64,000 nucleotides of DNA, from positions 2,294,001-2,358,000 of the forward strand of contig JAYWIR010000003.1 in assembly GCA_036172245.1 (NCBI GenBank), written 5' to 3'. Positions within the stretch are counted from its first letter, which is position 1. Every line of letters starts with the position of its first letter. The stretch is from Raillietiella orientalis (Eukaryota). Positions 27,134 to 40,100 of the stretch are shown here, piece by piece. The notes under the pieces are model-generated. The model worked only from the letters and a program-made list of their open reading frames with translations. It was not told where the DNA came from and searched no databases. Both the position numbers and the translations under genes were made by a program.

Positions 27134-30100
27134 TATTTTTTGCTCGCTTGCTGGCGAAACCGGAGGGCTCCAGGAAGATCGGGTGATGACGGAGCGCCCC
27201 GGCAGAAGACAACGTTCAAGATGGGCTTCACCAAGAGGAGGTGTGGACCGCGGGTGGACTCTCACGGAAATGGCACCCCGTCTTGCGCATCCGCACGAGG
27301 ATTGGCTCCCACGAGCATGCTTGCTTACACTTGCAATCGTCATCGTCATCATTTTTCGTGCATTCGTCCATCCGGACGTAAGCACGAAAAGCTTGGTTTC
27401 CATACCGGAAGATGAAATCGAAGGACGCACCAGAATCGAAAGTGCACCATGCTCAAGGTGGGGATGTAGTAATTCATCGCCTACTCCTTTCGTAATACCT
27501 AATCGTTTGCAGAAGAAAGAAAAGAAACAGACAAGCAGAACTGTGAAGAAGAAGAGACCCACAAATACGGAATGAAGGATCGCGGAGCACGCGACGTCGA
27601 AAAGACTGACTCAGCACTCCATTGCTTTCTTGAAAATTCTTGCGTTCTGGGGCAAGATGGCTCCACGCGCGACAGTGTGGCGCCACTTTGGCTTAGCGTT
27701 GGCATCACTGTAGCCAACGGCGAGATCCTCGTCCTGCGCTGTTCTTCGAGCAACAGGAGGCTGCGCGGCGCGGAGCAGCCGTCACCATCCTTCGGGGAGA
27801 GCAGAGGCCATTCGGCTGGTGCTGTGAAAGGGAAGAGGGTCGACCGCTTTCCCTCGAGCCCACGAAAATCAAACGAGCACGTGGCTCCTGACGTTTCCTC
27901 ATCCATCCTCACCTGAAACCGCATTGCCACTATTCGCCAGCTTCCTGCCAGCGGCGACGACCAGGCTGCCTTTGTTTCCTCTTCCTGTCGGATAAGCGTC
28001 TCTGCAAATGGAAGAAAAAAAAAAAAATCGCAACCACGGAGCGAACGCTGCCGCGACGACGGCACGCCGGCGTGTGAGATGCGCGACGCTCTGCCTTGAA
28101 TGGAAAAGACGGAATGCGAATCGAAGGCATCCGTCTTCGAAGGAATGCCGGACTACCATGGAGCAGCCTCTGCTTCCTCTCCTCCGAGAGCGCAAAAAAA
28201 CTCGCTCATCATCGCTGCTGTGGTGCACACATGAGCAGAAAGGTGCGTTCAGCGACCGGACGCCGGGCATCACACTTGCCAGGGCAGGGAACGCGTACAA
28301 AAGACGGGGCTGGGGAATTTCTCTCGGATTTCTCAAGCTGCAGCATTCCCGCTTTGTTTCCGTTTTCGACTTGACCGCAGGCGCATTCGAAGCGCATTCG
28401 GCAGGAACACTTCCTTGTTGTGTGCGGCTCCACCTGGCACCGGCCACGATCAGCTGTTTCCTTTGCGAGCCTTCGAGAAGCAGAGGAAACGGAGTTTTCC
28501 TCGCCTTCATCTTCCTCGCCCATTTCGAAGGAAGGGGGTGGCCCAGAGAGAAAGAAGCGAACGGCCGAAAAGGTAAGCTTCCCTCCCATTTGAAAGGAAG
28601 TCGTCGAGAAGCACAGAGATGCGGAATCATAACACTGAGCACTAATTCATTCATAACCGGCATCATCGTTTTAGACGCAAGAAGGGTCTTTCGACCCACG
28701 CTGTGTGTGATCTACCAGCTTTCACTCTACGCTTGCATCTAATGAATGCTTTCCGCGAGCTTAATAAACTAAAAATAGAAATAAATAAAAAAAAAAAAAA
28801 AACCCGACGGCTATCCTTATCGGAAGGATATCAAAGCAGGGAAGATTTTTCCTTCTTCAGCACGAATCACGCATCATCCAGTACATTTCTTCAGCCTCAC
28901 CCTTTTCCATCACTTATCTGTACCCCGTTCTTGTTCCTCCGAAGATAGCCCGTTGTCCCTATCTTATTTACTTTCATTTGAAGAGAACCTTCCCTATTGG
29001 GCAGGCCGGTATCTGCCCCGCGCTTCCCATCGGATAAGGAGTAATTAATCATAGAAAGGTCACCGTGATACAAACATCGCTCTCATTAAAAGATCCTGGA
29101 GGAAACAGGAATTGGATATCGGTGTGGAGTTCTTCGGGAAGCGAATCGATGGCCGAAGAGCAACAGGAAACGAACGATCCAGAGCGCGCATAGCCTTTTC
29201 CCCTAGAGAAAATATGAGGTCACGGAGACGCGAGGGACGTCGTCCGCCTTGCTCTGGTAGATTAATCAGTTGCCGAGCAACGCCGTCCTTGGTTTCCAGA
29301 GCACGCTGACCACCGCAGAGGTCGAGAAATTCCTTCGCATTACGATAAACGCCCCAATCCTGGTCTCACGCCACGCTGCTCGAGGCACGATTCGGCAAAT
29401 AAGCTGCTGACTCGGAACGCCCGCGCAGTCGGCGAGCATCTGCGACCCCAACGCGAGTGCTGATAGGATTGAAGGAAAAAAAAAAAAAAAAAGGTTCGCC
29501 GCGTCCACAGCGACGCCGGAGGTTCCCGTCCTCGGGAAGCGAACGTGGGGTTGCAGCTGGTGTCCACCAGCCGCGCGGGGAGGCGGGTGGCCGGCAGAGG
29601 GACCTGGCAATCCCGGTGAAGCTGCGCGGCGTTTCGCTCGGTGGCGCGTCGCCCTGTGAACAGCCGATTCCAGTGACGTTATTTATGCGTGTTTTCCATC
29701 CTCCAGGGCGGCGCGGCGTTCAGCAATCCGGAAGGGTTGGAGCGATTTCCGATCAGCCTTTTCCTGGTGCAATCAGAGAGAGAGGCCCGGATGTTGGAGC
29801 CGGTAGCTGGAGTCATGGTGGTTCGCGGGGAAGGCGTGAACGCGAGTGGTTCTACCGCGATCGCTTCCTGGAACTTTCAGGGCTCGCAGGGTGCTCTTCG
29901 CGGATAGCGGATTTCGGTTGACAGGTCACCACGAGAGATGCTCCCTACGAAGACCGATGGATTCCGAGATCTAGGCGACACGCTCTTCTTCTGCAACGAA
30001 GGAATCGGTCGCAGCAGTTCTGCGAGGAATAAGAAACGGATCCTCTTTTTCTCGGAAATGCTGGGAAGAAGTCCCGGAACTCGGTCACCCCCCTGGAAAC

Positions 30101-30446
30101 CGAATTTTCACGCGCAAGCTCGCCGAAGACTCGCTGTCGAGGGGAGTCACTTCGCTCCTCTTGAATTTTCTTCCAGGTGGAGACCGCCTCCCGTCCAGTG
30201 CCGAGTCGAGGGAGGATCGCTGGACTTCTTCGGCGCAGCAACCCATCTTTCGGCCTCTTCCGGCACCGGAAGCGAACTGGATTGCCCCCGGTTTCTCGTG
30301 CTGGAAATACCTCGCAGGCACGCGAGCCGGGGAGACAATCTTTTCGACTGCGCCTCTCTCACGAGAGCAGCCCTTTCACTCATCTTCGAAAATGCCAGTT
30401 GGATCCCTGACTGTGCCCTCTTACCAGAGCCTTCTGGACTTCCGCG

Positions 30447-30510
30447 TACACACACACAGAGGGAGAGAGAGAGAATGAGGGGGAGAGAGAGAGAGAGAGA
30501 GAGAGAGAGA
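30447..30510. repeat. (CA)n followed by (GA)n microsatellite
   Basis: acacacacacagagggagagagagagaatgagggggagagagagagagagagagagagagaga read directly. Confidence 0.85.
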
Positions 30511-33500
30511 CAACAACCGTCCTTGCCAACATCTCCGGCAAACATCGAAAACCGTGCGCGCGCGCGCGCGCGTTTTTGTGTGTGTGTTTTCGTGTTGCCC
30601 GAGAGGATCTCTTTCGCAGCCTATCCGCCGCGATGTTTTCTTCGCGTTCCAGGAGTACCACCTGCGCAGGTCGCTGACACCATCAGTACCGCACAGCCAA
30701 TGAGCAGACTTCGATGTGAAAGCGATTCGCTAATCGTAAATCAAAAACGACGTTGCCAGTGCGCGCGCCGCTGAATCGTCACGTTACGAGATCGACATTG
30801 TGAGATCTGGTAACGTGTATTTATCAATCCTTGCAGGGGCTGTCAGCACACGCAAGGAGTTGGAGGGAGAAATATCGATGAGCCGTTAGTCATTCATGCG
30901 TTACACGATTTAAATGGCTTGAATTTCCCCCCTCCCTGCTGCAACTGCAAGCACGGCCGGAGTGATTGTTTCGATTATATCAACCGTAATAGAAAAAGAG
31001 AAGGAGAAAGACAAAAAGGCTAGAAAAAAAAAAAAAAAAAAAAAAGAAAGAAAAAGAGAGGAAAAACAATGCCTTAAGATTGAGTCTTCACTGCACCACC
31101 TCTGCAGCCAAGTGCTGCCAGTGCTGGTGACGCTCCTCGCTAGCTCCCTGCAGGTCCCCCTCTCCCTCTCCGACGTCTTTTTCTGCTGATATCGCACCAA
31201 GGGAGGACCGCACGGCCATCAATCCGAAGAATCCTTTGTGTGACGAAACATCCCTTTTTCCTTCTTCCTCTTCTTCGCTCTCCCTCTCCCTCTCTCTCTC
31301 TCTTCTCTCTTTTAATGCTTGATCGAGTTCAAATCTTCGATAGGCAGCCCATGAAACAGCTTCCGAGGGAGACCCTCCGAAGTCATGGAGTTTCCTCTAC
31401 TATCTTTCGTTAACGATCAGAGTGATCTCCGTGAGCCTGCTGGAGTAACATGATCTACGGCGTACCAAGCAGACGAAGTGCATAACTCGTGGTCAGCCCT
31501 GCGAGGTACAGACGGAGGACTCTATAGGACAGCTACCGAAAGCCCCTGCGCGTCAACAGAAAGGTTTCCATGCGAGCGGCTCCGGGACACGTGCTTTGTG
31601 TGAATTATGTGACACTGCAGAGCACTCTGCAAAGGCAGCGAGCGCTCTTTATCCGGGGTTGCCGATGCTACCCTCGGAACGATGATTACGGAAACCTTCT
31701 CCTTTCGTGATTGCTCCAATTCATCAAGCATGCACACGACCGGAGAGACTTCTCTGCTTGCGGGCAACCAGGTCTTCAGGGTGAATCGGAAAGAGGAAGG
31801 CGCCCGGAATGTCCCGCAGCTGATCAATAATAAACAAAAACAGGAAGCAGCTGAAGAGCCGCGCCCGTCCTGGGTTCCTCTGCTCCCTCCCCCGAAAAAA
31901 AAAAAAAAAAAGGAAAAACCACCGCATCATCCTATCGGAAAAAAGCACGTAACGGGGGATGCTTCCTGCTCAGCAAGGTACCCCGAAGCAAACGCGCCCG
32001 CGTCCTCCCTTCCCACCAAATTCTGAAGATCCGTGTTTCCAGAGAAATCCACGAGGATCCTGGGAGATCCCGCGCGACGAGCGGCGCTCTCGTCAACGAG
32101 AGAGTCCCTCAAGCCTTTTTTTCGAACTCTGCGCAGGAAAATCACGCAGCTCGGAAGAATTCGAAAAAGTAGGCGGCGGCGCGGGATCGACTGGAGGGGG
32201 GCACTGCCGGGCTCCCCGAGAAGCTTTTCAGGTTCCCCGCATTCCCCTTGAAGACCTTTTAGCAGATTAAGGCCGAAGGTAAACAGGGAGTATTTTTGCA
32301 TATTTTTGCGTGCTCGCGTAACGGATGGAGGAGAGATCAGCCCCGTTGCAGCCACGTAGGGAAGAATGGACGGAGGCACCGTCGAGCAGGGATGCAGCAC
32401 GAATTTCGAAATGCAGAGTTCCGCGGAAGATTCATTTCTCCCAGCGTGACATCTGAGCCGGTCGAAAGTCCTGACTGCAACAGGACGAAGGATTCTCAGA
32501 GAGAGGACAGGAGGATAGAGGTCGGGGGCATCCGAAAGCTTATCGACAACGACTGTCGCAATGATATCATGGGATCCAATCAATGGAATATGTAATTCCA
32601 CAGCTGCACAGCACATGGCATCCAAAAAGCGGCTGTAATTTGATCTTCGTGTATCTTATTTGTCGTGTTGAGAATTGCTCTTTCCAAAACGTGGATGCGC
32701 TACGCGGAACACCACCGTGTTCTCGGAGGAGAATGCGACACAGCGGAGGAACATCACCGAATCATGATCCGAATGAATCATTACGGTTAAAAAGGTTGCG
32801 AGGACTTGGACGAGATCGCAGGCAGTCCTCGGAGGCATCGGGCTGGAGCTGCTCGGATCACACTGGTGAAGCACGTGACGTCAAATGGTGGAAGGATTTC
32901 TTCCATGCCACAACAGCCCCCCCTCCCCTCCTCTTCCCCCCATTTTACGGAAATGGGGTATGAGAGCGACCGAACACTCCTGATTTCCGAAACCCTTGAG
33001 GGAGCCTGCGAATTGAATTCGCGTGCTCACGGAGAAAGTAATTAATTTGAAGAGTTAAAATTCGAGATGCACACAATTCCACCAAACTCGACGAACACCT
33101 CGTATGCTAGGAAAACACGAATTCCTGGGGAGCAATGATAATGAAGCGTCGTCTGATACGCTAGTGACGAATTCAATTACTCATTCCACAAGACGGCAAA
33201 ACACGCTATTTGCGACATTATCATATACGCTCTTGAACTGATGACTACTGTCATGAGTCCAAGAGCGTACATGATGGGAAAAAATCCCAACTGCCGTATG
33301 GGGAAAAAAAATTATCTTCGAAGACGGGAACGCTCTTGAGAACAGCTTTAATTACAGGACAGTGGTAACAAGAGATAATGGATGCATAATCTTGTCTCCA
33401 GTAAGTAAGAAAAAGGGTAAGCATCAGTGAAATATCGATTCGAATTTGGATCCGGCAGTCGAGTGATCTGTGCCGGAAGATTCGTGCTCGGTTCTTGAAA

Positions 33501-35678
33501 ATATCGTCCGCTCCATCTCCGACTACCACGGCAAAGAAGCAGCAATCGATAACTTCCCGATCTTCGGTGCACTCTTCTGGCGAAGCGAGCGACAACCAGG
33601 AAGCCACACCCCGACCAGTGCACCACCGTTCGCCTCTGCAGGGCGTTTTGAGTGTGATCGGGGAAGGATGTCTTTCGGATGCGTCACAAAAGCTGTGAAC
33701 CTGAGGACGAGACGGGTTCCTAAGAGACACGCAGCCAGATCCCCTCTTCGCAGCGTGGCGCTTTTGATGACAAATGCCTCCCGATACGCATGAATACGCC
33801 ATGTAACTTTCGAAGTTGATTTTCAGACCCCGGTTCACAAAATTTTCAGCAAAACCTTCGCTTAGATCAACCGAAGCTGCAAACAAATGCTGTCTTCAGC
33901 ACAAAGGATGGATGTGGCCGAAACTTGAGTCAGCGGATCGAAACGCGCTGGTAGATGATATGGTGTTCCCATTCGGCGTTCGCTTGCAAAACAAAGAACA
34001 CAGCAAGAGCAAGGAAGGTTCCCTTCGCTCCCCCGCAGTAGCTCTGCTGCTTCTCGAACCACCATGGAGATTGCAGCGGAAGGATGGGTTCGCTCATCCA
34101 AGGGTCCATCCTCCACAGCATGCATTTACCACTGCCACGCGAGTGACGTTTGAAAATTTCGCCTTCGATCTCTGATGCTGCGAAGATTGCTCACTCCCGC
34201 TCCTGGGAGGCTGCCATCCTCAGCAGCGCATAGCAGCGAAAATTCCACGGCGAGGAATCGACCACCCATTGACACCGTTCTTCCTTGGTTCCGCCTACGT
34301 ACGGACACGTGAAAATTCGAGGGAACACGTAAAATCCGTTCGGGGGATCCATCGGAAGACCATCCATCCGAAATTCGTCGGGAGATTCTATGCCTTTTCA
34401 TCGCCGTTTCGGATTTTTTTTTTTTTTTTTTATCTTGATAAATCACTGCCGTCTGCCAGCATCCACGTTAAGAACTCTCGTTTGCGTTTGTTTTGGTTTA
34501 TTAACATGGTCGCGATACAATTTCTAACTCATCGAGCATGCTGATAGCCCAATGAAATTATGCATCTCACGTGTGTGCTTTCGAGCACGTGAGGTGCTCT
34601 CCAGCTCTCCCCTTACGATACACATCCGATGCAGAAACAGAAAAAAGAAACGGAAGCAATTGTGAGAAATATTTTTCTTCTTCCTGCAAGACGTCGAATT
34701 TTCAGCTATCGTTCGACTGAACGTGGAGCCTCTGCAAATGGAGCCATCGGACGATTTGCCCGTTACCTGACCAAGGGCCTCAATTCTCGAATTCTTGAAC
34801 CCAGGTTTCAAGTGTGTTCCCAAGTTGCCTTTCGACCACGGTCCAAAGTGGTTTCTCCGAGGACACAGTGGACACTCGGCGGCAAAGAAACGAAGAAACC
34901 CGTGATCCGATGAGATGCACCCAACGGCGGTAGCTTGAATGCCTGCAGCATCCCGAAGGAAATTTACGAAAGCATCCGGAGCTTCACCATCGACATCTCG
35001 GATCGGTGTTTCCGTGTTTGTATTGGACCTTCCTCGCTGGCCTTCCCGAAATTTTCCTGCACAGACATCTCGAATTCCTTGGCACGAAAGGAAGGCGCGA
35101 GAGGGACCGTTTTCTGCATGCAGAGCTTTTTTCCGATTTTTCGGATTCGCAATTTCGTGTCACTTCCCGACCTGATCTTCGCGAAAGCATTCCGTTCGAG
35201 CGGCGGCCAGACGGCCCTTCTTGGAGACCCTTTCGGTCTGCATTCGTTTGCAAAATTTCACACGTCACACAAGCCAGCGAAATTCGGCGAACTCGCATCT
35301 CGAGGCATGCTGTTGCATCCCGTCTGACTTCCGGTGTTGCCTTGTCGAGGGACCTCAGCTGCGAGTCACGGAGAAAAAGAAAAAAAAAATTGCCCAAGAC
35401 ACGGGAGCTCGACGATGTGCACCGTGGTGAAATTTGCAAGGAACGGCATCGCCTCTCCTCAGCAGGATTGAGGGTTGATGCCGCACCATGCACAGAATGG
35501 TAGTGTCTTTTACACACGAGCTCGGTGGTGATGGAGGATGGCAATGCTCTCAACCCAAGCATTTTCTTTTACTTCCCTATTTTCACTCAATGCTATGAGA
35601 TACTATCGGCGTGGCCAGGTATGCCTCAGAGATTAAAAGACCACAAACCTCCCAACAAATTGCATGGAAAATACTTAC

Positions 35679-36396
35679 TCTGGCCGATATGAACCCTTTT
35701 CATCCAGGGGTAAATTTGGGGTGAGTTTGAATTCCCGTTTCCTGAATTATTTTGGCTTTTACTCTGAACAGAACTTTGCTGCTGGTTGCCCGGAGACAGC
35801 TCTTCCTGACTTCTAGAAGAAGCTCCCGTGTTGGAAATTTGGTTTTCTGCACTATGGGGACTAGAAGAAGAATTTTGCGGGGTATTCTGGGAACTGGATT
35901 GCTGTTGTGTCGGTTGGGGGTTTTGTGACTGGGAATGAAGTGTCGCTCCCGCGATTGAGGTTCCAGAACTAGTTTGTAAAGCTGCGACTGGTCTCATGTG
36001 GGTAGCATGTGTGGGACCATTCGAATTGGTGCTCAGATCTTGAGGTGAACCCAAGTTCGCTTCCGCAAATTTACAGCTGGCGGCGTTGCTGGGATCTGCC
36101 GCGATGGGCACTGGACTCGGAACGGCAGCAGGACATTGGTTTGCTGACGTTCCCGGAGGAACGAGACGAGGATGCGGCGGCAGCGGTGGACCATAATGTT
36201 CTCCGTTAGGCAAGTGGTGCATCACACCGGATGTCGGTGTCTGAGGTACGAAAGAAGGATAATGCTGCTGATGAGGCAACGCGACAGGAGGATAACACCC
36301 AGCATAGGTGCTCTGGCTATAATAATCTTGTCCAGTCTCTTGAGCACGTTGACCGTAGCAGCTTGCTAGTGAGTTCATGAACTGGTAAGAACTCAT
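35679..36396 (-). CDS. Scr: Sex combs reduced, N-terminal coding exon (exon with YPWM hexapeptide)
   Basis: Begins MSSYQFMNSLASCY (Scr octapeptide plus LASCY), contains SCKF and SPQDLS motifs, and ends PQIYPWMKRVHIGQ at a canonical gtaagt donor; 718 nt, phase 1. Confidence 0.97.
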
Positions 36397-36432
36397 CCCG
36401 ACCTTTCTCGCAACAAAAATACTTTTAAAAAG

Positions 36433-36464
<32 letters not shown>

Positions 36465-36819
36465 CTCAGATTTTCCTCTCTCAACTTTCCAACCACTTGA
36501 GATAAGCAAAAAACAGATCTGATATATGCTTTTGCTGGACTCACCTGTCCAACACTGCGATGCACTGGGATCGTCAAATTAAATCTGTTGTCTCTTCTTT
36601 AAAACATGCTCGTGCGGAATGATGTTCTGTTTCGACAGATGGACAAGGCAATTCAGTTCACATTATTCTGAGTGCGGCATCCCGAAATGAGCACACGGAA
36701 AGATGCCGGAGGAACGAGTCCTCTCTCTGATCGACTGAACTAAGGGAACACTGCGGTACGTCTGCGGTGCTGCAAAACTCGCATCTCGCGTGACTGCCGC
36801 CGACCGCGACTCGAGTGCT

Positions 36820-37125
36820 ACTGAGTGTATTTTGTGCCGTCAAGAACTGATTAGGCTCCTCTGTCTGAGTTTAATTCATCATCCAACCGGGGACTGGTCC
36901 GCAGGATGCTTCACACAACCGATCATTTGCATCTTGATTGTTTCGTTCTTGCACCTCCCTCGCAAACACAACCCACGTTGTGTGCTGCCAATAAGTAGCA
37001 GAGGAAGGAGACTTTTGTGTGTGAATGCATGGGAGAGATATAGATAGAGAGAGAGAGAGAGAGAAGAGAGAGGGAAAAAAAAAAAAAAAAAAAAGAAGAA
37101 GAAGAAGAGGAAGAGAGAGAGAAAA
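36820..37125 (-). promoter_or_regulatory. Candidate Scr core promoter region
   Basis: Arthropod Initiator consensus TCAGTT on the minus strand at 36850-36845 (about 450 nt upstream of the ATG), octamer ATTTGCAT at 36925-36932, CCAAT near 36988, and GA repeats at about 37031-37122. No DPE match at +28. TSS not verified. Confidence 0.4.
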
Positions 37126-40100
37126 AAAAAAATTCGCTTTGAGCTGGTTGCATCGAAGGTGCACTAGGAAGAGACTATTTGCAAACTTTCTGGCACGGCG
37201 CAGGGCAGGCCAATGAGGTAAATCGGAGGCTGCTGGTTTCGATTCCTTTTCGAATGGCTGGCAGGAGCAGGTGTGGTTTTCGCCCGAGGGAAACGGGGAG
37301 GAGGGGAGGAACCTGCCACGGGACGGGGGGGGGGGGGAGGGGAGTGGAGGAAAAAAAAAAAAAAAAAATTTTCGACGACCCCAATCTGCGTGCTCCGAAA
37401 ATTCCCCGCATCCTCTGGAACTCTTAAGCCGATGAGCTGCAACGAATCGGAAAGCCTTCTTGCAACGGTGGACGGCTTCCTCCTCCTCTTCCTTTCCGAA
37501 ATGCTCGACGGAAGGCCAGTCGCGCCGTGGTGTCGAGGATACTCCGAGAGGGAAAACCCCTCAGTGTTCTCTGCTCCGCAGCCGAGATTTGCTATTCACC
37601 CTTCTTTTCGGTTGAGAACGCTAAACGCATCCGAGGCAATAAGCGCTGCGCGCTTCCCTGGGCTGCCTCCTGGAAACCGGGAAAAATAAGCCCCTGGGCT
37701 GGTGCTTATTTTTCCCGGTTTCTCGGCTTCTGCCGAGATGTGTTTGTCCGTGCGCATTTTTTTTTTTTTTTCTTGTCGTACGGAGGAGGAATTTCCCTTG
37801 CGGACTGAGACAAGCAAGAAGCACCTCAGCTTCTTTTCCCTATTTCGACAGCACCACAAGTGCAATTCTGCTCTCGCAAAAATTTTCTATCGGACACCTA
37901 TTACGTGTTAACTGCACACACAACTGTCATTATAGCTCTCTGAGCATTCATCATTTCGCCTCCTTCTGTCACAACAACTGAGAAGTTTCCGTCGTTTCAT
38001 CGGTTAAGGGAAACTCGGATGCTGGAGAACGCATTCATGCGATTTTGTGTTCATCTAGTGATGTCCCCATCCTTCCACCGCAGCCGAACCGAAAACCAGC
38101 TTTGCGCAGCTCGCAGGAGCGTGGAATCCACGCTCCGAATGCGCCGCGCCTTCGGGAGCATCTCGGAAGCTTTTAGCCGCGCGGGAGGAGAGTTCCGAGA
38201 TCGCAGATGGTGTTACCCTGGTTCGTGTCGCCTTCAGCGGTGACACGCGGGAGAGATGCGCTCCCAGATCGCATCCGACTCCAGCGGAGACTCGGCTCTT
38301 GGCATGGTGCCAGCAACCACACCGGGCAAACCACCTGGCACCCATACCTGCCGCCGACGTGCCTCCTTTGGACGGAAGGCAAAACTGGTTTTCGCCGTAG
38401 CGGGAATTCGGTGGCCTCCTAGGATGCATCGCGTGGTCCGTGGACGGAGAGTTGAGGCCGCTGCACAGCAGGCACGAAAGGAAGAAAAAAAAAAAAAAAA
38501 AAAAACCCATAATCGTCTTCCTCCCTATTTGCCGCGAAGGTAAACAACACAAATCCTTCACCCCACACAGTCTACTTCCACGATGAGAGTACCCAACGTA
38601 AATCTCCGTTTCATGAAGTGGTGGGTACTTTCACTTTCAATCTCTAGGAAGGGCGTTCACATTCTCAAGCGTTTTCAACTTCTTTTTTTTTGAAAAAAAA
38701 AAAATAAAACACAGGAAAATCGATCGATGCTATCTCGAGAACGTTCAAACTGGAGACGAGTGTAAATTTGCAGGATCTTCGGTCCTGCAGCTTTCCTTGG
38801 AGCTTTCCATTTCTGGAGATGCGAACCCGGCTCCCGAAAAGCGCCTAACGGGAACCACCAAAGCAGGTAACACGAATTTTTCCCGCCAGTGTTTGCGAGG
38901 CTCGTGTGCAGCGATTAAGAAGCGCTTTCGGCTTCCGCGTTGCATACACGATGCATCTTCCATCCCGAGAAGAAAGTATCAAAAGCGCGCCTCGCGAATG
39001 GAAATGGCCCGAATCGCTGACTTGATAAGGTCGGCTGCAATAAAAGTTGCACACGACATGTGAATGACGAAACATTCCAGGATCTCGTTTGCAATCCGGC
39101 TACACAGAAGCTGTTACTTTCCAGGAAGCGGAAAAAAAAAAAAAAAAACAAGCCTGTAGGAGCAAACTCGACAGGCAGTAGCGTAGCGTAACGTCCACTT
39201 TAGCAACGGCATAAACGGTGTTTATGGCTTCTTAATGTCTTCATCTTCCCACTCGTTTCCATCTAAAACTGCTACCTATCAGAAATTAACGTCTGCTCCT
39301 AAAGGCGTATCTCAAGTGCGTCCTGTCGCTTTCACGGAACACGGGCGAGGTGATCTTCAAAGGTGACTTCAAACGAATGTCGAAGGAGAGAAAAAATTCG
39401 GCAGTAGCCAGCGAGCATACGAGAAGATTAATTTTCGTCGTTCAGGACTGGCAGGATTCTTCTTGACTGCCTACCAGATGACCACAGCAGTGGCACCCTG
39501 TTTTGCAGCCCAGAATCGATCACCTGTTTTTCAATCCACGTCAGTACATAAGTCCATTGCCGAAATGGCTGGAGATGAGTGCCGTCGTCACCTCTGTGCT
39601 CAAAGGAACTGAAACGGGCGCCTCGATTCAATCCGCGTTTCCGTGGAGACACAGCCTGGGCCGCAGCTCGGAAGGATCTCGTCTTCCACGTTGAGTTTCC
39701 CTTTCTTCCCGTCCCTTTCGGAAGCTCCGATGGAAATTCCTTGAGACCATGGTTCGGACGTTCGAACCTGAAGTGGTGGGAAATCCCCCGGGATCCCCTG
39801 ATTTCTGCAGCAGCGATGAATTGCTCAAACAACAGGAGAATCTTTCCCCGCTCCCCGTCTCCACAGTGGATGTTTCCTGAGGTTCTCCAAAGTCGTGCCA
39901 GCGTGGTCCTCTATCCACCGAGCATTGCGGAAAACGCCACTGGCAGCGCCTTCCACTCCTTCTCTCACGAAAACACGTCACTGAAGCTATTACAGCCGAG
40001 ATTAGCATAATGACTCATTCATCATATGAGAACAGCTCGAGGTGGCAACGTTCGTGTACCTGAAATTATTTTTCGCTCGGCATTCACGTTTAGCACACAA

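Noticed and set aside
27899..30774. 244-278 aa ORFs inside the Scr intron
   Set aside because: No recognisable domains, they run through microsatellites and homopolymers, and similar ORFs overlap on both strands.
35626..35678. C-terminal KYFPCNLLGGLWSFNL of track ORF 35626-36396
   Set aside because: Lies past the gtaagt donor and is intronic.
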